Virus record (IMG/VR): IMGVR_UViG_3300030329_004387
Coordinates: 1 to 51,633 of that record
Strand: one strand, 5' to 3'
From: a virus
Taxonomy: Duplodnaviria; Caudoviricetes
Length of the DNA stretch: 51,633 bases
Both the position numbers and the translations under genes were made by a program. The stretch's first letter is position 1. The number at the start of each line of letters is the position of its first letter. This document shows positions 6,203 through 14,085 of this stretch, piece by piece. The notes under the pieces are model-generated. The model saw only the letters and a program-made list of their open reading frames with translations. It was not told the DNA's origin and did not search any database.

Positions 6203-7936
6203 ATGATTAAAGAGTATGCATTTGGATTAGCTAATAGGCATCATTTTGGAGATGTAAGTGATGTTGAGAAATACGCAGGTATGGCTCAAGATACATTTAT
6301 GTCTTTATGGGATTATGATGCTCATGTAGTTGATTATGTTAAAGAAAAAGGCGGTTTATCTGGATATGATGGTATGTTATATATGCCAGATGAATTTATC
6401 TTAGATGTTGATGGAACTAATCCTAAACAAGCTAAAGATAAAACTATAGCATTGACTATAGAATTAGATGATTTATGTATACCTTTTCGTATATATTTCT
6501 CAGGAACAGGATTTCATTTAGGAATACCAGGCGATGCTTTCAGATGGAAGCCATGTCCAGACTTACATTTAAAAGTCAAGGATGAATTAAAAGCTAGAGG
6601 TATTTATGAATGGGCGGATCCATCAGTTTCTGATAAAACTAGAATCATCAGAGTTGTAAATACATTAAATAGTAAATCTAAATTATGGAAAATACCTATA
6701 AGTTTAGAAGAATTGCATAAACCAATAGAAGATATACAAGAGCTAGCTAAAACGAAAAGAGCAATTAATAAATGGACTACATTGGAATGTGAACCTATAT
6801 TTGATGTGTTGGAAAGAAAAAGTAAAGCAAGTGATAAAAAGTTTGAATCAATATCATTAGGAAAGAATCCTGATCCTGTGTGGTATCCATGTATTCAAAA
6901 AATGATGGAAGGCACAGCTCAAGGTTCAAGGCATCAAATAGCATTGCGTATTGGTGCGTTTCTAAGATGGAGATATCCAGAACATGTTGTAAGACTTGTA
7001 ATGGAAGATTGGCGACAAAGAGTAGATATTGCTTCACATCCTTTTAGTAAAGCTGAAATGGATAAAATAGTTACTGATTGTTATGAAGGCCATAATGGTA
7101 ATGGTTATAATTATGGATGTAGTGATATTCATATGGATAAACATTGTCAATCAACTTGCAGATTGTATAAATCAAAAGTATCACAAAACACTATGGATGC
7201 AAAAACTATGGAAAAAGAATTAGTTAACTTTTTAACTAGAAATCATAATCCAATAGATATAGGAGCTCCATGGGGACAAAAATTTCCTGTATATCCAGGT
7301 GAAGTAGTTATATTACAAGCTCCACCTAAATCTATGAAAACAATGTTGTTACAGAATTTAGTTAATAGATTCAAACGTAATACATATTTCATGGAAATGG
7401 AAATGAGTCCAAGGCAAATGTGGATGCGATTTGTTATGATAGAAAATAAATGGTCCGAAGAAGAACTAAAAGACTATTATAGCAAATATGCAAATGGAAT
7501 TAGTAAGGATTTTGATTGGTTGACAGTGGACTATAGTAGTTGTTATCCACAAGAGTTGAGTAAAAGAATTCTAATGTTACCAAGAAAACCTGAAATAGTA
7601 GTTGTAGATCATATGGGATTATTTAAATCCCAAAAGCATGATAATAATATGAAAGTAGAGGAAGTTTCACAATCATTAATGGAACTTGCTGTTCAGAATA
7701 ATATTATAGTGTTTGCTGTATCAGAAATAACTAAATCAGCTTTTACAGAGGGTATGAATATAGCTTCATCTAAAGGTTCATTTAGAGTTGCATATAATGC
7801 TAATAAAGTATTATCACTAACACCATTTAAAGATGATAACAATTTAATTAAAATGTTAAAGTTAGAATGTACAGCTAATAGAGAAAAAGAAAACCTTGAC
7901 CTGCAATTACCAGTAAATAATTCAGTGATAGGATAA
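6203..7936 (+). CDS. AEP primase-polymerase / Cys-rich PriL-like domain / RecA-fold (DnaB-like) helicase fusion
   Basis: AEP motifs ILDVD, FSGTGFH, DKTRIIR; Cys cluster PCI...GC...HC...C; Walker A-like APPKSMKT; Walker B IVVVDH. Confidence 0.85.
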   Translation: MIKEYAFGLANRHHFGDVSDVEKYAGMAQDTFMSLWDYDAHVVDYVKEKGGLSGYDGMLYMPDEFILDVDGTNPKQAKDKTIALTIELDDLCIPFRIYFSGTGFHLGIPGDAFRWKPCPDLHLKVKDELKARGIYEWADPSVSDKTRIIRVVNTLNSKSKLWKIPISLEELHKPIEDIQELAKTKRAINKWTTLECEPIFDVLERKSKASDKKFESISLGKNPDPVWYPCIQKMMEGTAQGSRHQIALRIGAFLRWRYPEHVVRLVMEDWRQRVDIASHPFSKAEMDKIVTDCYEGHNGNGYNYGCSDIHMDKHCQSTCRLYKSKVSQNTMDAKTMEKELVNFLTRNHNPIDIGAPWGQKFPVYPGEVVILQAPPKSMKTMLLQNLVNRFKRNTYFMEMEMSPRQMWMRFVMIENKWSEEELKDYYSKYANGISKDFDWLTVDYSSCYPQELSKRILMLPRKPEIVVVDHMGLFKSQKHDNNMKVEEVSQSLMELAVQNNIIVFAVSEITKSAFTEGMNIASSKGSFRVAYNANKVLSLTPFKDDNNLIKMLKLECTANREKENLDLQLPVNNSVIG

Positions 7937-7941
7937 ACAGT

Positions 7942-8004
7942 TGAAAGAGATGTAAGTCCCGAATGTCCTAGCTATATGCTGAATGACCTAGGCATTCTCT
8001 TTCA
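7942..8004 (+). promoter_or_regulatory. Intergenic stem-loop with internal direct repeat
   Basis: TGAAAGAGA 7942-7950 pairs with TCTCTTTCA 7996-8004; GAATG(T/A)CCTAG at 7961 and 7981. Confidence 0.5.
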
Positions 8005-8021
8005 TACAAATAGGAGAGAAT

Positions 8022-8834
8022 ATGAATCCATATCAAGAAATAAGAAAAGTACCATTAGATTATAGTGGTATACAATCATCAGCTTATTCCGTTCAAAGAT
8101 TAGATGAAGAAAAAGGATGGAAAGAAGCGGGAGTGGTAGGAGCACATTATATGTTATTACCAAACCAAGAAGTAAAAGATATTGCAAGTGATATAGTTGA
8201 GTCAGCTTATATAGATTTTGAATTAGACAAAGAGTTCTTTAATGGTAAGAATTTTATGTTATCGTATAAAGCTGTAGATAGTATAGCAACTGTTGATCAT
8301 ACTGCAAAAGATGAAGATATAGATAAGTTAAATCTAGGTATTCAATTTTGGAATAGTTATGACGGTTCAAGATCATTTGGATTTTCATTAATGCTGTATA
8401 GATTAATATGTACTAATGGAATGATGAGTAAGCAATATCTACAGAACAATAGATTTAGACATGCTCCTGGTTCTGAAGATTGGAATACACAGTTAGAATC
8501 TATGGTGCATCTTATAAATGCTACTCAAGATGGAGATAATAATAGTGTAAATACTATGATTAATGGTATTAAAGAGCTAAATGATTATAGAGTTACATCA
8601 AAGAATTTAGGCAATATTAGGCACAATTTCCTTAAAGATATACCAACAGGTGTATGGGGTGAAATAACTGATAAATTCCTAGATCCTAATGGCGAATACT
8701 ACTCAGATACTAATGGTTGGGGATTACTTAATTCTGCTACAGATATATTGTGGCATAAGAAGAAACCAACACTTGCATCATATAATCAAAATGCTGTTAT
8801 AACAGATGGTTTAATTAACGCAATATGTGCTTAA
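8022..8834 (+). CDS. DUF932/DUF945-family protein
   Basis: NSYDGS...YRLICTNGM motif; W.L.N..T near the C-terminus. Confidence 0.85.
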   Translation: MNPYQEIRKVPLDYSGIQSSAYSVQRLDEEKGWKEAGVVGAHYMLLPNQEVKDIASDIVESAYIDFELDKEFFNGKNFMLSYKAVDSIATVDHTAKDEDIDKLNLGIQFWNSYDGSRSFGFSLMLYRLICTNGMMSKQYLQNNRFRHAPGSEDWNTQLESMVHLINATQDGDNNSVNTMINGIKELNDYRVTSKNLGNIRHNFLKDIPTGVWGEITDKFLDPNGEYYSDTNGWGLLNSATDILWHKKKPTLASYNQNAVITDGLINAICA

Positions 8835-8857
8835 TTAGAAGCGGATGATACGTCGGA

Positions 8858-9014
8858 AAATTAAGAGAGCCAATAACTGGTCCTGTAAGAATGTGGACTC
8901 ATTCATCGCGTTGAATGTAGGGTTCGAATCCCTTGTCTTACATCTTGTATGGGTTTTATCCCTACTAACACATCTAGCGGACAAGAAAAGGAATATGTGA
9001 GGCTCTCTTAATTT
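8858..9014 (+). ncRNA. Structured RNA containing a tRNA-like domain
   Basis: Perfect 14-bp closing stem 8858-8871/9001-9014; acceptor-like stem 8884-8890/8936-8942; T-arm AGGG-TTCGAAT-CCCT 8919-8933. Confidence 0.7.
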
Positions 9015-9042
9015 AATAAATAATAATATTAGGAGAATAAAA

Positions 9043-9132
9043 ATGGCTAAATTACCTAAAGAACTAAAGATATTTCGAAAAATAGTTAGAAAAGTAAACA
9101 GATTGATTTGGGGAAAGAAAAAGAGAAAATGA
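9043..9132 (+). CDS. Basic microprotein (29 aa), not in ORF track
   Basis: AGGAG SD; MAKLPKELKIFRKIVRKVNRLIWGKKKRK; ATGA overlap with the next gene. Confidence 0.6.
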   Translation: MAKLPKELKIFRKIVRKVNRLIWGKKKRK

Positions 9133-9221
9133 AAATTGGAATTTGTATGAATTGTAAGCACCCTATGGCATTTGGAGAATGTAATAATAAATGTCCTAAT
9201 TGCAATTTTGACTATGGTTGA
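9129..9221 (+). CDS. Cys-rich zinc-finger microprotein; TGA at 9219 may be recoded (extends to 9350)
   Basis: MKIGICMNCKHPMAFGECNNKCPNCNFDYG then TGA; frame stays open to TAG 9348-9350. Confidence 0.7.
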   Translation: MKIGICMNCKHPMAFGECNNKCPNCNFDYG

Positions 9222-9261
9222 GAAATAGAAGTATCTCGTGAAGATATAAAGGAGAGAAAAA

Positions 9262-9618
9262 ATGACAAGAAAAAAGATGGGAACATTGATAAAAAAGATA
9301 TTCCTGAAAATTCAAGAAACAAGAGAGTCTGGGCAGAAAGAATACGCTAGAGATATAGATAATGCTTTTGCTAATTTTGAAAGAATTGGTAAAAATTTAA
9401 ATATAACTAGAGAAAAAGTATTGCTAGTATATCTGTTAAAACATATTGACGGTATTTGTTCATATGTTGAAGGACATGAAAGTCAGAGAGAAGATGTAAG
9501 AGGAAGATTAACTGATGCTATAGTATATCTTTGTTTATTATGGGGGATGTGTGATGAACCTATATATCCTGGAAAGTCTAAACATTACTATAGAAGGTTA
9601 AAAAATGAGATTAACTGA
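9262..9618 (+). CDS. All-alpha nucleotide-modification-associated / NTP pyrophosphatase-like protein (Nmad1/DUF1599-like)
   Basis: GQKEYA...FANFE...LLKH...E...GRLTDAIVYLCLL pattern. Confidence 0.6.
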   Translation: MTRKKMGTLIKKIFLKIQETRESGQKEYARDIDNAFANFERIGKNLNITREKVLLVYLLKHIDGICSYVEGHESQREDVRGRLTDAIVYLCLLWGMCDEPIYPGKSKHYYRRLKNEIN

Positions 9619-9766
9619 ATATTTTCATTTTATAACAAGAACAGACATAGGAATAGCTCATAATCCTAAAGAAAATGAATATACACATTTTACACCTTGG
9701 ACAATACATAAAAGGGAAAGATACCTTTATCAATGTATGTTACGAGGTAAAACACCTGTTAAATAA
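9605..9766 (+). CDS. Hypothetical protein (53 aa), not in ORF track
   Basis: ATG overlapping the upstream gene end; fills the operon gap. Confidence 0.55.
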   Translation: MRLTEYFHFITRTDIGIAHNPKENEYTHFTPWTIHKRERYLYQCMLRGKTPVK

Positions 9767-9777
9767 AAGGAGGCAAT

Positions 9778-9927
9778 ATGCCAACAAAAAAGAAAGTTGA
9801 GAAAAAAGAACCAGAAGTAAAGGCAATTCATATAAATGAAATATGGAATGTCATTGAAGAAATGCAGAAAAATATAAATCATATTAATGATAAAATATCA
9901 AGAATATCAAGTAGACTAGGAATATAA
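9778..9927 (+). CDS. Hypothetical coiled-coil protein (49 aa), not in ORF track
   Basis: AGGAGG SD; MPTKKKVEKKEPEV...RLGI. Confidence 0.7.
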   Translation: MPTKKKVEKKEPEVKAIHINEIWNVIEEMQKNINHINDKISRISSRLGI

Positions 9928-9936
9928 GGAGAAATC

Positions 9937-10221
9937 ATGGGAAAGAAAAAACCAACAATGAATGAAATGAAAAATGTAGTAACTAATTTAATAATGCATG
10001 TTAATACTATTGATAAGCATTTACAAAAAATGGATACTGCTGTTTTCAACTATATTAAATTCAAAGGTGATGAAGAAGGATATATAGAGTATATGACTAA
10101 AATAACAAAGGAGAAATCAGATGAAATTTCAGGAAAGAGCAATAAAGGAAATAGAAGAACTAAAAATGAAGCTAAAGATACAAGAAATGAAGTTTCAAAA
10201 GACGACTCAGGAGTTAAATGA
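9937..10221 (+). CDS. Hypothetical protein
   Basis: TAAGGAG SD. Confidence 0.7.
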   Translation: MGKKKPTMNEMKNVVTNLIMHVNTIDKHLQKMDTAVFNYIKFKGDEEGYIEYMTKITKEKSDEISGKSNKGNRRTKNEAKDTRNEVSKDDSGVK

Positions 10222-10387
10222 TTATATAGCAGCTTTAGAATCTGAAAAGATAGTTAGAACTAAATCAAATAATGTAAATAAAATATTATCTGAAGCAGAT
10301 GAAGCATTGAAAAGATATAACATGAAATTAAAAAAAGAAGGAGAAAAATATGCCAAGCAAAAACAAAGCAAGAGGAAACAGACTTGA
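10121..10387 (+). CDS. Hypothetical coiled-coil protein
   Basis: AAGGAG SD; heptad pattern. Confidence 0.65.
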   Translation: MKFQERAIKEIEELKMKLKIQEMKFQKTTQELNDYIAALESEKIVRTKSNNVNKILSEADEALKRYNMKLKKEGEKYAKQKQSKRKQT

Positions 10388-10706
10388 AAGATTAGTAGTT
10401 AATCAGGCTAAAGAAGCAGGTCTAAGTGCTATTAGAGCATATGCTAGTAATGGCATGTCTTTAGGTGAAGCTGAAGATGTAGATGTTAAAATAGATCAAT
10501 ATAAAGGTCAATGTAAGATGCGTAAAAAGATTGCGTCCTTTATGAAACCTCCTGAAAGTTGTGATATAGCTCTAATTAAAGAAGATAGAGAAGATACTTT
10601 AGTTGTTATAAGATATCCTGATTTTCTAAAAATGTTAATTGATTTAAATGGATATAGTAATATGGCTTCAGATCTTGAAGAGCAACTAAGGGAGGCGCAA
10701 GAATGA
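10350..10706 (+). CDS. Holliday junction resolvase (PD-(D/E)XK, Hjc-like)
   Basis: SKNKARGNRLER...DV.I...QCK motif. Confidence 0.8.
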   Translation: MPSKNKARGNRLERLVVNQAKEAGLSAIRAYASNGMSLGEAEDVDVKIDQYKGQCKMRKKIASFMKPPESCDIALIKEDREDTLVVIRYPDFLKMLIDLNGYSNMASDLEEQLREAQE

Positions 10707-10879
10707 ACTATTATGAAAAAGAAAAAAGAGCAATGCAAAAAAGCATGTTAAAGTTGTCTCACTTTCTTTTGTCAGCTATTAATGTGGTTGATAAAACGAA
10801 TTTTCAGGAAACTTTACATCTAATCGATAAACAAACGCAGAATATACGAAGAAAATTTACAAACTATTATAATAAATAA
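10703..10879 (+). CDS. Hypothetical protein (58 aa), not in ORF track
   Basis: GGAGG SD; ATGA overlap. Confidence 0.6.
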   Translation: MNYYEKEKRAMQKSMLKLSHFLLSAINVVDKTNFQETLHLIDKQTQNIRRKFTNYYNK

Positions 10880-10883
10880 ATAT

Positions 10884-10916
10884 AGGGGGTGTCCGTTGCT
10901 CCTGGATGCCCCTTTA
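10884..10916. terminator. Terminator hairpin between convergent arms
   Basis: GGGGTGTCCG/TGGATGCCCC stem flanked by A/T runs at the strand switch. Confidence 0.75.
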
Positions 10917-10917
10917 T

Positions 10918-13900
10918 TTAAAAATTAGCTAAACTTAATAAAGCTCTATCTCTAGTTCTTCTACCTCTTCCTCTATCTCTTCCTCTTCTTCTTCTTCTTC
11001 TTTTTGATCTAGGATCTTCTACTTTTGTCTCAGGTAATATATTTATACCTTCAGCAATACCTGGTGATTCTTCATCTCCATATATAAGACCCATTCCTTT
11101 ATCTACTGTAGCTTTTCTCCAATTAGTAATCCATTTAGGCTTATACATACCAGTTTCAATTCTAAAGGCTTTATCACTTTGCCCTTTAGCTATTGCAGGA
11201 ATAGTTTTCCAAGCAGTTCTAGCTCCTTGTATATTAAATATTCTTGCTACTTGATACCACCATTGCGGATCATCGGGATCATAATTTAAATTTCTATGTT
11301 CTTCATATTCTTCACCAGTCAAATCCATAAAATCAGTTAATTCAGCAATAGTTAATAAATCGCTGACAAAAGGTCCTAAATTACCTGTTATAGGGTTTTT
11401 TCCATAATAAGCTGAATAATGCTTAATTTGAGCTTTTTCATCTCCATCATGATTCCAATTATTTACATAATCAAGTAATTTTTTAGCTTCTTCTATTATC
11501 GGATTATCTATTAAACCACTAGGTGAACTTCTATCAGCTAAAGACATAGTCCCATCTTTTAAATATTTATCTTCATCAAATGGAGTATAGCCAAATGCAG
11601 ATGCCATTCCACCTATATCATAATCACTTACTAAAGCTACTAATGCAGGCATCAATGAATATAAAGACATTAATCTCATGCCTTGTTGAATTGCAGGATT
11701 AATAATCATCTTTTTACCTTTTTGATTTAAGGCTCTATTTCCCATTGCTAATGGATCTTCAACAGTAAATTTAAAACCTTTTACATCTCTAGCCATATCT
11801 CTTAATATATTGTATTGTAAATCAAAAAATGCAAATTTAAAATGTTGGAATTGTCCAATAACTTGACCTGCTCCCATTCCAGTGCCTCTTTGAAGTACCT
11901 TAGCTTTCGCCCAGTTATCATAATCAAAGTGAAGAGTTTTAACCATTTCAAATGCTTGATTACCTGATATTTTTTCTATATAATCCCAAAGCTGTTCCAC
12001 TGTAGGCTCTTTGCCATTTCTTTCAAAAAGTTGTTTTCTATGAAATTCTAATCTATTAGATTCTGCTGTAAATGAATGAGCAAATTGCATTTTAAATGTT
12101 TTAAGTCTATTTGCATTTTCAGCCCATTGTTGAGAACCAACTTTGCCTAGAATAGTATATTTAGAACTCCAATCAGCTCCTTTAGCCATACCTTCAGCTA
12201 TTTTCTTCAAGGTATTACCTTTTTCTAAAACAAGTTTACCTTGTCCATCTACTCCAAATCCTGGTGGAATTAACATAACATCTAATGAGCCTCCTGTAGC
12301 AGCAGAAATACTTGCTCCTTCAGCTTTTTCTCCAATCATCATACCAAATCTTTTTAATTGCCTATTATACATCATTGAATTTGTTATTTCTGCACCTTCA
12401 TACATACGAGAAGTAGTAGTATAAAATTCTTCAGTAATTCTATAACCTCTTTTACCGAACATAACCCAATTTAACAAACCTTGTGTTCTATTTTTTATAC
12501 CACTTTTAAAACTAAAACCTAATTTTGAAATGTATTCAAATGAATTAATTATTCTAACAGCGTGATCTAAATTACCTGTTGGAGCACCATTATTCATTAA
12601 TGCACTATCTTTGATTTCAGTAAGCATATCTAATAAGTAAGTAGCATGTTCGGCTATTTTAACCTTGCCTTTACCGTGTTCATTTCTTCTTACAGCATCT
12701 ACTAAATGAGCTGCAACAGATGAAAAACTATGATTTATTCTAGATCTCATATTAAATGAAGCAACATCATGTACATATTTATTTAAATAATATATTGGAT
12801 CTAATGCTACCCAAGCATCTGTACTGCCCTTTTGCTTTAATCTATTGCTTATTGCTTCTACTGATAAACTATTTTCTATTTCTCTTTGAATATCTGATGC
12901 CTGTTTTCCTTTATAGCCAGGATTATTTCTATCTTTAGCAAATTGCACTAAATTAGACATCATATCAGTTAATTCTATTACATAATCTGGAGAATACTTA
13001 GTTATTGATTTTTCACCATTTGCTCTAACTCCTATTGCAGTTAAAGGATTTCCATCAGAATCCTTTTCTTGTAATACATAAGGTCTTTTTGTTCGAGTTT
13101 TTGGATCATATATATAAAAATCTTTTGGATTTGCTGCTGTTATAATGCCATTTTCATTTCTATATTGATTGCTAAGAGTACTTTTATCAATATTACTTTG
13201 TATTAAAAGAGACTCTATTTGCTGACTAATTGTTTCATAAGCTTTTATAAGAGTTTTTTTAGTAGGATCTGATTCAAGTAAACCTTCTATTGTTCTTCTT
13301 GCAGCAATAGAGCCATTTAATAAATCTTTCATACTATCCATTCTTAATATATCCCAAGCTTGTCTAACTTTATGCTCTGCTGGAGTTTCTGGTTGAGTTT
13401 TAAATGTAAGCAAATCATTGAATCTTCGCAACATTTGACCACCTACTGGATCTCCTTCACCTCCACTGCCTAAATGATCTTTAAGGGCATTTAAAGCCTT
13501 TAATTGCTCTTTTGAACCTGGCTTAGAAACTAATAATTCTCTTTCTAAATTTTGAAAATATTTATATTGTTCTTTAGAATAAGTTTTACCTGCCGCTATA
13601 TTTAATGGATGTGTTGGGTCTAAAAACATTTCAAACATACCATCAGTCATTTTTTTAATATGTTTTGCACCATCTTTAAGTAGTTTTTGATTATAACTAA
13701 CAGCTTCTCCTACTTGAGTAACAAAATCTTCTCCACCTTTAAATCCTTTTGCTAAAACTTTTGGTAGCTTAAAATAGGTCTCAAAATAGCCAGCTTGTTT
13801 ACCTAGTTTAGGTAGAAATTCCTTTTTTATAGCTTTTGAAAAAATTTCTATATCTTTAGGGTTAAGCCTTATTGTTGCAACATCAAATTCTGTTCTTGTA

Positions 13901-14070
13901 TACTTTTTCCAAAGCCATTGAAATGTTTCTCTATCTGTCCATCCCATTTCTTTTGCATAAGGATTTTTCATCCAATCTCGAACATTCTTATCTTTCATTA
14001 AAGTCTTAAAATTTTTTCTTTGCTCTTTGGAATCTATATTAGTTCCAGGCATACATGCGCCACCAGCCAT
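10918..14070 (-). CDS. Large internal virion (ejection) protein, Arg-rich C-terminus
   Basis: 1050 aa, last in the ejection cluster; GQFQHFKFAFF-type motif; RRRRRRGRDRGRGRR tail. Confidence 0.65.
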   Translation of the reverse strand: MAGGACMPGTNIDSKEQRKNFKTLMKDKNVRDWMKNPYAKEMGWTDRETFQWLWKKYTRTEFDVATIRLNPKDIEIFSKAIKKEFLPKLGKQAGYFETYFKLPKVLAKGFKGGEDFVTQVGEAVSYNQKLLKDGAKHIKKMTDGMFEMFLDPTHPLNIAAGKTYSKEQYKYFQNLERELLVSKPGSKEQLKALNALKDHLGSGGEGDPVGGQMLRRFNDLLTFKTQPETPAEHKVRQAWDILRMDSMKDLLNGSIAARRTIEGLLESDPTKKTLIKAYETISQQIESLLIQSNIDKSTLSNQYRNENGIITAANPKDFYIYDPKTRTKRPYVLQEKDSDGNPLTAIGVRANGEKSITKYSPDYVIELTDMMSNLVQFAKDRNNPGYKGKQASDIQREIENSLSVEAISNRLKQKGSTDAWVALDPIYYLNKYVHDVASFNMRSRINHSFSSVAAHLVDAVRRNEHGKGKVKIAEHATYLLDMLTEIKDSALMNNGAPTGNLDHAVRIINSFEYISKLGFSFKSGIKNRTQGLLNWVMFGKRGYRITEEFYTTTSRMYEGAEITNSMMYNRQLKRFGMMIGEKAEGASISAATGGSLDVMLIPPGFGVDGQGKLVLEKGNTLKKIAEGMAKGADWSSKYTILGKVGSQQWAENANRLKTFKMQFAHSFTAESNRLEFHRKQLFERNGKEPTVEQLWDYIEKISGNQAFEMVKTLHFDYDNWAKAKVLQRGTGMGAGQVIGQFQHFKFAFFDLQYNILRDMARDVKGFKFTVEDPLAMGNRALNQKGKKMIINPAIQQGMRLMSLYSLMPALVALVSDYDIGGMASAFGYTPFDEDKYLKDGTMSLADRSSPSGLIDNPIIEEAKKLLDYVNNWNHDGDEKAQIKHYSAYYGKNPITGNLGPFVSDLLTIAELTDFMDLTGEEYEEHRNLNYDPDDPQWWYQVARIFNIQGARTAWKTIPAIAKGQSDKAFRIETGMYKPKWITNWRKATVDKGMGLIYGDEESPGIAEGINILPETKVEDPRSKRRRRRRGRDRGRGRRTRDRALLSLANF

Positions 14071-14085
14071 ATTATCTCCTTTTTT

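Noticed and set aside
8884-8942. Canonical tRNA gene
   Set aside because: No D stem, 6-nt anticodon loop, only ~59 nt and no CCA; reported as tRNA-like instead.
8835-9161. 108-aa minus-strand ORF
   Set aside because: Antisense shadow of the structured RNA and two small + strand genes.
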